64,000 nt of DNA from a virus (lineage: Duplodnaviria; Caudoviricetes): positions 96,001 through 160,000 of IMG/VR virus record IMGVR_UViG_3300014204_013734; one strand, 5' to 3'. The notes under the pieces were generated by a model. The model saw nothing but the letters and a program-made list of their open reading frames with translations, was not told the origin of the DNA and ran no database searches. The translations under genes were made by a program, and so were the position numbers. This document shows positions 59,101-64,000 of the stretch, one piece after another; the stretch's first letter is position 1, and each line of letters opens with the position of its first letter.

Positions 59101-59439
59101 GGACGATTGCGGAAATTGCTTGAAGCTCTTTCCAAATGCTTCTTCGCTAAAGACGAAGCAAAAGGATTCCGGGATTGTTGGAATTCTTATTCTCATGGGG
59201 TCGGTATAGCACGTGGTAGCACCGGGAAGTTGGCCTTCAGTTCGGAGGAAAACGACGCCCCTAAAGAAGAAGAGATTTTAGGGTTTTTCCAGCTTCAACA
59301 GGCGGGGGCTTACCTGGAATCGGCGGAACGGAAATTCGGTCCGTTGCCGGTCAATAATCCACTGAAAGTCCAAATCCAGACTGCAATTCGTTTGGATGAT
59401 CCTTCAGAGTTGGATAAACGGTACGTACAGAAGAAATGA
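50143..59439 (+). CDS. Giant polyvalent protein: 2H phosphoesterase, CCA-type nucleotidyltransferase, three zincin-like domains, topoisomerase IB, wHTH and unknown domains
   Basis: PHTT/PHAT; GGAVRN..KDVDV..EDVIRRDFTFN..DPSRLIRAIKF; HEIGH, HELAH, HELVE; ERVGN..VGKSG..KDIR..GH..LY. Confidence 0.88.
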   Translation: MQQTVSSAKDGRKTGDGSGVGFFIPLPPDLGAQFPDLGDEDRSNPHTTFLYVGEVPEEREAEFLEVSARVLGTLGGLVRGYLDHLDYFTQPDKDRKVAVMAIRFDKDLAALRWNLRDALLDAGFQVADGFPLLYKPHATIQYMEGLGSEWKGHVPSGSWSFDRMEVWGLPKLHSVYFGESVEGRVASRFLESMEHGVSVALMKFLSDVAKKAGVSKNTYVVGGAVRNFILGVPVKDVDVVIDSIASGKDSAWFAKKVKEAIPVPTSFVTNQYGVALLTVKGDWFVDGANLNGETIEIANARKESYGGEAGQGYKPHMVAPATIKEDVIRRDFTFNTLMWRLHDLSSGPDAAEILDITECGLKDLQAGEMRCPSDPDKTFSNDPSRLIRAIKFILKYGFKVPPEVEASIRRNGLKLRNVPPGHLSNMIIELFYEGGWGRRALEEMDKLGLLEVIKDIARTDKPFREALSNWADRKADISFLFDLIDIGMPTGRRLNFLTQPQKDRLREITVQWPAEKSDEFVNLLEQPGRIKGLAFGGLIQELGLQGPGIKALTDTVRQRLLDDPDLVRNPDKLRRLVGLGKTAGIDKPLDKDWLMAVRRGWLKLMNPAIRDYGDVLKAFNALDAFAENLQDQVLNVRRDLFTNDVRTDKVIAGIKRLREAISDSRYHAKFWSEWLDGTSVGFRLGEDRTADALKMLELYRTNFSDASGTSVKGRKSPSNPWANSRQVPLTYILDAVLKGLYEIAKKNLEVGESGDIPEYESFFREFSLGGMKILISDPKTHGKAIGAYVRQIGKAKHLLEAAGFAKDWRGLMMVQSSDWHVLTDTEREIYRRRGYDIQETAGQYRSGSDSIVLTSPPDWSLVLTIVHEIGHRHWSKYLDVSDRKRFADWIAEGLAPVSDYGKTNPSEAFAEVFAHYVNRKNMTRDQLESFKAVVNKTASEKKVLKNKKGCLILARVGGLSPVRQRNEAAPARKGLWAFLWPWFDTWLLSGTNARGWLENQDQKGGTRLEDFKREGYRKFKHCGYVWTHFDIPGKEVLTKGHWNLVHSSDLAREIPRIYKSELKALRKQYWEDSKTPTTPAGVEEQKQQSLEFAEYWIRRQDWSEMCEVFVEPHMADKTAAFTESDLETATKEFEEVVQRLTDKRALFEKAFANENVDDPRYLRHRKIGLKAWMEKPWAWLVFNGNKLSRIVLERKSVPSGQGKALEMAARTFMSAKRFPADFEGWMAKNSKYVAFLLNAAKTWEDKKEGGSELFKIGPFTVHNTIGAADADLEGVRKMFEAATSAVGRLGGDYSDFKKVLYGDVLVVARLSQPKVMAWYTPNEDAVYVRQMKTAGIDDVHNLIHELAHRFWRKFADAKLKARWVQRDDIVRWGDDWFKGLKLPGIGDTLPIILNKQKYPKIVDLDAKVYKLAVPTILDPYNTVSIPRTKVLEWVREDAKKEQFPTPYAARGGVEEHFCEALALKALGKLQKNHEEALDRVFSGEPDPKEIAFVKDVQEALRKQNPSVVAFRHLKKAGFFNVGDKIWFGKYKNKAGIIKGFSRDPKGNPTVIISPVPQGRKQDKEFGLYKIWHADPAKKVAVRWIFGSPVREPWQMTFDEFRREVKTQRIEWKAVQTFEDFLKTKKVDPKELPSLEEEADVLGGLLFSRPNMTQHEKGRLKGIVHKKMLKDKLVKEWKDTVDKVETHTDLDLSRSSDAAYLKVQHKRAIRKALSEGNPVPSEVLAEYPDIKTGMRVAQDDRWDRRKPEAFRTLIPEGISKRIYQEQIGEVGGFKVWLVDGIVIRDKIDIDFTAGGNPSRYGYIPADEIWLEKTGDSPFRNFDLAATLIHELVESWVMSNLGWDYDRAHDTASKFEKGFRKHPRLVPENRILLIAEFLYRKWLGSSMSGRVAARYKDKKTVKDKNGDDMVVYEYSDRQIANRNREKAERVEKLRGKLDKLVSQVKKDLKSDDEKTRMTALAVGLINDVYERVGNPGSAKDGHFGVTGWLVKHVSFSDGKALLKYVGKSGVEQDKETSDAGLVKALKDAVKGKKKDDPIFEFDGGRISSETVNEYLKPFDITAKDIRGLHANKETQKALKAIRAKGGKLPEDKKEREKKLKEEFKKAVEEAAEIVGHEPTTLKNLYLVPNLYEAFIEDGTVKENLAKQKTASVAAVDLEEQLKLLSPSDRHRYDERLKEDQEFRTNQAVIFLDRRVPKDQVVRLEKERYQKIYRLLKESYKKALRDGKDVWVRGVPQLLPLFYKYAVEALSAEFPGLSFSKPVGFLMKDHQKPLRLWDEAEYIHDYVEKNLGKIHRATKTHGEREDEEVAELVKPLPKKNPPRNDLRKERMEENDGDVGNQGADEDKDMSLNYKRVANRWIEGTQKKLSPDQETLLRSLWYNGDDAALATFLDWPRSKVKRIVDQLQKLGLVIVDSDGIIQENTKTNRIANRWFHSKKDLINVRRKEDGKVVQVTEETLKESPDEYETLEEGEPEPEPKPEPKPEPEKKVWESDMGLVKDDQGKVTGVDKGGNAFKETAKEYGKDTVELVLFLRAFAQGAKIKIPPALAKTKAWKEISDYPVETNPALVKGLLEAKDSPYKEVLDAFDAATSKGKPSIIPEKKKEVEAPTVQEGESKPVPKPEPVPAVEEPDTSEKDLDAVVGMLEVDPDMQDASAKITKRLSDPKTREEAVRAYRETFDEVMNELKNQGGEGFDVSESMATDLGDALKNPAGGRDGKDLGRDLALHSIAKRLADPANLDGVGLSEEPLDEMTLIDRGDRALEFYVKFPANFRQEVARQMVDRIREAKEKGGPQIQELERITAGLQAAAIVHDDFKDKRNKWPLSISRPAPVFNGIVKSLYEKGDTRVVASFGIGAQGLATPEGREKLRQALDSLDEDELFEALGGEKGEWGLMIRNLKKGGLREKDKAWYLNFMKEMTVGEVTTGNTVVMQAATNAQEVKAKADKERERNREVKPTSAQMEPSWSDLIDPKSENTIGEAADAVHKDAQGRLRKLLEALSKCFFAKDEAKGFRDCWNSYSHGVGIARGSTGKLAFSSEENDAPKEEEILGFFQLQQAGAYLESAERKFGPLPVNNPLKVQIQTAIRLDDPSELDKRYVQKK
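57550..57594 (+). repeat. Pro-Glu/Lys linker repeat (gaaccc/aaaccc hexamers)
   Basis: EPEPEPKPEPKPEPE. Confidence 0.85.
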
Positions 59440-59559
59440 AATCCAAAAAGATGAGACTTTTTACAATGGTTAGCTTATGTCAACGGCAGTAGTAATAGAG
59501 GGCATGCGTGTGCCCATGCTGCTGTCCGACTTTCAGGCTGCCATCCAAAGGAGGAGCTT

Positions 59560-60507
59560 ATGGCCAAGAAACTGACGACGAAGGGCGCGCTGTCCGTTAC
59601 AGGTAACCTGGATCGGCTCGCAAATTTGTTCCAGACGGAACACGAAACCTTGGGTGTAGAACCTAAGGTTGCTCAGGACTTCGCATATCGTTGCGATCTT
59701 CTCAGCGACGCCATTGAAAAGACTGCAGGTGTCGATCGGGTTGCGTTGACCGAACTGGATGTAGTCCAGGAATCCGGTTACGACCCTGAACAGATCGGCG
59801 AGGAAAAGGCCGGTCCTATGATTGGTGATGCCGACGAACCCTACATGAAGGGCAATTTCGGTCAGGAAGAGAAGCGGGAACTCCGTTATGACGTGGAACA
59901 GGGCAAGATTGGTCCTGACCGTATCGTCCCTGAACAGAAACCCCTCCAGCCCGGCAAACAGGCCGGATTTGAAGTTCTTGGCAAGCAAGCCGCCGTCAAC
60001 AGTTTGACCGGTTATGAAGGGGTTTTCCGTGATGCTTCCCTTCGGTTTGCCAACGCCGGGAATACCGATCTTGCCAAAGCGTTCTTGAAGCTTGCAAAGT
60101 CTACCATGGATGCCCAGGTTGGTATCCTTACGGGAACCCGTTCCGCAAGCAATATCAGTCGCCTCATGGAAGCAATCAAGCTTCTCGCTCCTCATGTCGC
60201 TGCCGTGAATCCGGCTTCCTACGGTGAAGTTTCCAAGATGGCAGACCTGGTTTTGAAGGTTGCCGGTGAAGACGAAGAAGAAGAAGACGACGACGACAAA
60301 GAAGACGCAGAACCGGAAGATTCCAAGGAAGCCAAAAAGGCTGGGAAGAAATCCGAAGACGAAGCCAAGGATGATGACAAGAAAGACGACAAAGACGAAG
60401 CCAAAGGCAAGGACGAGAAGAAGGATGAATCCAAAGAAGACTTCCTGAAGAAGATGCAGGAAGGCAAGGACAAGAAGTCCAGCCACGGTTTCAACCTGTC
60501 GGAATGA
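59560..60507 (+). CDS. Probable head scaffold/core protein with charged low-complexity tail
   Basis: Strong AGGAGGAG SD; lies between portal-linked polyprotein and protease; D/E/K-rich C-terminus; several KxA[GA] sites. Confidence 0.6.
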   Translation: MAKKLTTKGALSVTGNLDRLANLFQTEHETLGVEPKVAQDFAYRCDLLSDAIEKTAGVDRVALTELDVVQESGYDPEQIGEEKAGPMIGDADEPYMKGNFGQEEKRELRYDVEQGKIGPDRIVPEQKPLQPGKQAGFEVLGKQAAVNSLTGYEGVFRDASLRFANAGNTDLAKAFLKLAKSTMDAQVGILTGTRSASNISRLMEAIKLLAPHVAAVNPASYGEVSKMADLVLKVAGEDEEEEDDDDKEDAEPEDSKEAKKAGKKSEDEAKDDDKKDDKDEAKGKDEKKDESKEDFLKKMQEGKDKKSSHGFNLSE

Positions 60508-60511
60508 AGAA

Positions 60512-61090
60512 ATGACCCGCAAGAACGCGACATTGTCAGTTAACTACCAACAACGGGCGAAGCTATTTGCCGTAAACGATATTGTTTACCCGTTTTGGGG
60601 TTCCGCCGAAAAGACGGGACGTGTCGTGGCGGTTTACCCGGCAATTGGGATGGTTGATGTCGAATGGCCACACGGAAATGACCGTGTACCCGTTGAGGAC
60701 CTTCAGCAACTGAATCCCCACAGTCTGTTCCAACCTCCGTCCATCCCTGCCGGGGAAGATAGTATCCCCGGTGGGGCTGGGCAGGTTTCCGTATCCCCAG
60801 GACCAGTTAACAAAAATTCAGCTCTCCGTGTGGCGGCCGCTTTCATTAAGAAAGCCCTTTATTGGGCCGACAAAGACCGGCAGTACAAGGCCACGCAAGG
60901 GGAACTTGATGACAAGTGTTACCATTGCCCGAAGTGCGGGGAAGAACTGCGGAAGGCAATCTACAAACGTCGTGATGGCGCCAGTGTCCATCTTCTCGGT
61001 TGCGGAACATGCTTGTTCCTGATCAAAAAAGAAGACATCATTGGCGATCCTGAATATGCGGGTCCGAACATCGAAATAGAAGGTGTTTGA
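60512..61090 (+). CDS. Hypothetical head-module protein (SH3-like + zinc ribbon)
   Basis: GRVVAVYPAIGMVDVEWP; RVAAAF..KKA linker; CPKCG...CGTC. Confidence 0.75.
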   Translation: MTRKNATLSVNYQQRAKLFAVNDIVYPFWGSAEKTGRVVAVYPAIGMVDVEWPHGNDRVPVEDLQQLNPHSLFQPPSIPAGEDSIPGGAGQVSVSPGPVNKNSALRVAAAFIKKALYWADKDRQYKATQGELDDKCYHCPKCGEELRKAIYKRRDGASVHLLGCGTCLFLIKKEDIIGDPEYAGPNIEIEGV

Positions 61091-61092
61091 CC

Positions 61093-64000
61093 ATGGCATT
61101 TTTGCGTTACAGTAACGCCCGGGTTGTTTCCCCCCACGTGACTCATGTGCAATGGGGGAAAATTAGGACGGCTGGCCTTGTTACTAAGGTTGGTGGCCAG
61201 TTGGACGAAAATCTTGTCGATCGGGCCAGTGAATTGTTCGACAAACAATTCAACCCCAACGACTTTCTTCTGACCCACGCCACTATCATTGCCAGCGTTG
61301 ACACGTACAAACCGGCCGGGGATATGGGGAAGACAGGTTCCTTCTTGATGGATGGATTCCGGGTCAACCGCAAATATGCGGATTATAGAATTACCCAAGA
61401 GACTCAAAAATACATCAACAGCAATTGCCTTGTTTCTGGGACGCCCATTGTGATGGCAGATGGAACAGCAAAATCAATTGAAGATGTTGTTGTAGGGGAT
61501 GATGTTATCACCCATATGGGACGGATCAGAAAAGTCACAGAAACTTTTTGTCACGAAGTTCATGGAAACTTGTATGAAATCAAAGTATATGGTTCTAACG
61601 AACGTCTGCATGTGACTAAGGACCATCCTTTTTTTGTTTTTCGTCCAAATAAACAATGTGCTGAGTGTGGAAGCCCCTTAAAAAGATCTTTGCAATGTAT
61701 TTCGCAACTGCTTGGGAAGCATTACTGTTCCAAGGAATGCTATTACAAGAAAAGGGTCACAAACAAAGAACTTCTTAAAAAGAAGCATGGGGTTTTCGTT
61801 CCCGTACATGATTTGCAGGTAGGGGATTTTGCAGCAGTTCCTGTAGTTTCAGAAGAAATTCCAGTTAATTTGACATTAGGGCAGGCTCGTTTGATTGGCC
61901 TTTTTCTTGCGGAGGGTTATTACGAATTAGATAGCCGGCACGATAATGAAAAAGTTGGGGCTATGTGGGCGTTTCATGAAAAAGAAACAGAAACATTAGC
62001 CCATACTGTTTGTTCTTTGATGAAATCAGAATTTGATGTGGATTGTGTCATTCGTCATTGCACTGATACTAAAGGTATTATGGTAACGACAAAAGTCAAC
62101 CGCCAAGCTGCGGCTTTCTTTTCCCGATGGGTTCTTGGAGAAGATTCTACTAGTAAATATCTTTGCGCGGATTTGTTGAGGGCTCAGAAACCCATTCAGA
62201 TGGAAATAATGCGTGGCTGGTTTGATGGGGATGGTTCGGCTTTTAGTACCGGAACTGAAGAAATTCCCATAAGGGATTTTCGGATGACCGGATGCACATC
62301 ATCTCGGAAAATGGTTTCCCAACTGCAAATAATTCTGCATCGTCTTGGTATTTCACCTCGGTTAGCCTATGTTCTTAGTGAAGGTCGCCAACGAACGGTT
62401 ATTGATGGTCTTGTTAAGGTGATACCTGATCCAACAAAAATTCAATACAGTTGGGTTTTGTCTTGTGGCGCTGGATGGATATCTGAATTGGTAGAAACAA
62501 CCCGATTTGAAGAATCTTATAATGAAGTCATGTCTATTTTAGGGGGGGTTCAAGAAGTTCCAGATCTTAGGTTTCTGAATGGTTTTTGTATTAGGATGAT
62601 AACTTCAATAGAACCATATCCTTATCAAGGATTTGTTTATAACATTGAAACAGAAGAAGATCATTCTTACATTGCAGGTGGAATTGCCGTACATAATAGC
62701 GATAGTTGGTCCCGTGAAGTGCTTTTGAAGGCGTATCCAACGTTCATTGGCGGGCACAATTTCTGTTTTGCACCGGGTACTAGGGTTCTCTTGGAAAATG
62801 GCATCTATAAAGCCATTGAAGAAATACGTGTTGGCGACAAAGTTGTTACCCACAAAGGTGTGTTGCAGGAAGTAACCCACAAATTTGAACGCCAATTCCT
62901 GGGGAATCTTCAGGTTATTTGTGTGGATGGGTTTGAACATCCCTTGCGTGTTACTGGAAACCATCCTTTTTTGGTGATGGAAAACCAAACTGGAAATACC
63001 TGGATTCCAGCAGATAAACTGCAAGTTGGAACCCTCTTGGCAGGGACCAGTTCGGAAATAGGTGCTGTCAATTATCGTGTCCTATCCAATGTTGAAGTTT
63101 CTTACGAAGGTCTTGTGTACAATCTTGAAGTTTGTGATGATAATTCCTACATCGTGGAACCTGGTGTTGCAGTTCATAATTGCGAGCACGTCCAGGTTGA
63201 ATCTCTGAGCAAGGGTCGCATCATTGATGCAGTTGCCCGTGACATCGGGGATTCGGTCTACGTTGACATCCTCATTGCCACTGACCGCAGACACAAGGAT
63301 CTCATTGAATCCATTGAAAATGGCAAGACGAATACACTGAGTATGGGATGTTCAGTGGACATGACTACATGTACTAAATGTGGCCACGTGGCCGCTGACG
63401 AGACCACTCTTTGTAACCATATAAAATACGAAAAAGGCAATACCTTTTTTGACGAGCAAGGACGGTCACATCGTATCTGCGAAATTTGCGGCCACCAGTC
63501 TATTGATCCGCACGGAGGGGTTCAGTTCATTGAAGCTTCGTGGGTTGCCCAACCGGCATTCACTGGAGCTGTGATGAGGAACATCATTCAGCCGACCGAA
63601 GATACCGTTCGTTTGGCGCAGCACATTCTCAATACCCCTCCGCCGCAATGGACCGAAGATTCCCGTCTGAAAGCCGCTAGGCATGAGGTTGTTGGGTCTA
63701 CAGGGACGGACGGCAACGGCAACGGCAACGGAGAAACGGTTGTAGTAGGTTCCTCAAAATTCCGTACGGCAGACATGTCTTCCGGCGGACGGCATTTCAC
63801 TGTTACGGCTGCCGAAATGGATCCTTTCATGGCAGGTTGGAACGAAGAGGATTCTTCAGGTACGGAACCGGAAAAACCACCTGTCCAGCCAACCCCAGCG
63901 GATCCTTTGACGCAGGTTGAAGACGATTTGGAAAAGCACCTTGTAGACAAGGTCGTCAAACGTGTCAGGGATCGTCTAAAAGACCAGGCTGTTGAAGAAA
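61093..64000 (+). CDS. Prohead (capsid maturation) serine protease with two inteins; runs off the window
   Basis: Open frame from ATG 61093 to the end. Spliced extein reads YINSN-SDSWSREVLLKAYPTFIGGHNF-CEH...KGRIIDA...LSMGC...CTKCG...FIEASWVAQPAF, an HK97/assemblin-type pattern. Confidence 0.85.
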   Translation, partial: MAFLRYSNARVVSPHVTHVQWGKIRTAGLVTKVGGQLDENLVDRASELFDKQFNPNDFLLTHATIIASVDTYKPAGDMGKTGSFLMDGFRVNRKYADYRITQETQKYINSNCLVSGTPIVMADGTAKSIEDVVVGDDVITHMGRIRKVTETFCHEVHGNLYEIKVYGSNERLHVTKDHPFFVFRPNKQCAECGSPLKRSLQCISQLLGKHYCSKECYYKKRVTNKELLKKKHGVFVPVHDLQVGDFAAVPVVSEEIPVNLTLGQARLIGLFLAEGYYELDSRHDNEKVGAMWAFHEKETETLAHTVCSLMKSEFDVDCVIRHCTDTKGIMVTTKVNRQAAAFFSRWVLGEDSTSKYLCADLLRAQKPIQMEIMRGWFDGDGSAFSTGTEEIPIRDFRMTGCTSSRKMVSQLQIILHRLGISPRLAYVLSEGRQRTVIDGLVKVIPDPTKIQYSWVLSCGAGWISELVETTRFEESYNEVMSILGGVQEVPDLRFLNGFCIRMITSIEPYPYQGFVYNIETEEDHSYIAGGIAVHNSDSWSREVLLKAYPTFIGGHNFCFAPGTRVLLENGIYKAIEEIRVGDKVVTHKGVLQEVTHKFERQFLGNLQVICVDGFEHPLRVTGNHPFLVMENQTGNTWIPADKLQVGTLLAGTSSEIGAVNYRVLSNVEVSYEGLVYNLEVCDDNSYIVEPGVAVHNCEHVQVESLSKGRIIDAVARDIGDSVYVDILIATDRRHKDLIESIENGKTNTLSMGCSVDMTTCTKCGHVAADETTLCNHIKYEKGNTFFDEQGRSHRICEICGHQSIDPHGGVQFIEASWVAQPAFTGAVMRNIIQPTEDTVRLAQHILNTPPPQWTEDSRLKAARHEVVGSTGTDGNGNGNGETVVVGSSKFRTADMSSGGRHFTVTAAEMDPFMAGWNEEDSSGTEPEKPPVQPTPADPLTQVEDDLEKHLVDKVVKRVRDRLKDQAVEE
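61426..62697 (+). mobile_element. Protease intein 1 (424 aa, LAGLIDADG, zinc-finger insert)
   Basis: Starts CLVSGT; TKDHPF; CAECG..YCSKEC; IGLFLAEG and MRGWFDGDG; ends IAVHN before Ser. Confidence 0.9.
62764..63180 (+). mobile_element. Protease intein 2 (139-aa mini-intein, no endonuclease)
   Basis: Starts CFAPGT; TGNHPF; VYNLEV; ends VAVHN before Cys. Confidence 0.92.

Noticed and set aside
34092-59480. Possible late promoter motif (C/T)TTAT near 4442, 34109, 50088 and 59474
   Set aside because: Too short and variable to support without a motif search or TSS data
1-64000. Stop-codon reassignment, tRNA genes, group I/II introns
   Set aside because: Genes are full length and tightly packed in the standard code, with TAA, TGA and TAG all used as stops. 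No cloverleaf was noticed by eye (tRNAscan not run). All insertions are in-frame inteins.

Overview
This window is a gene-dense segment of a large tailed dsDNA phage genome, read in the standard genetic code with almost every gene on the + strand. From left to right it contains: (i) a 5'-truncated modular repeat protein, two divergent sigma-factor-like genes and a structured non-coding block near 5.5-6.3 kb where strand composition appears to switch; (ii) a replication/recombination cluster from 6.3 to 34 kb with a bacterial-type clamp and clamp loader (DnaN, DnaX, HolA, HolB-like), a class II ribonucleotide reductase with four inteins, RecD2, an SSB-like protein, RuvC-like resolvase, RecA, an SbcCD/Mre11-Rad50 system whose ATPase is split into two genes, a Cas4-like nuclease, a TOPRIM primase and a NusG-like factor; (iii) a virion module from 34 to 64 kb with the large terminase, an intein-bearing portal, a 3098-aa polyvalent protein (2H phosphoesterase, CCA-type nucleotidyltransferase, three zincin-like domains, topoisomerase IB) and a prohead protease ORF (61093 to the window end, absent from the ORF track) carrying two inteins. 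Seven inteins are present in total. The most notable signal is a set of short peptide motifs ([RK][VI]AxR[WFYH], [KR]xA[SAG], and [LI]AxxxP[ED]xRx[YH]LVP[LI][LM]K). They recur at domain boundaries of the polyproteins and at the termini of unrelated proteins, suggesting a phage-wide cargo-addressing and protease-processing code for proteins packaged into the head. All product calls come from reading motifs by eye; no database searches were run.
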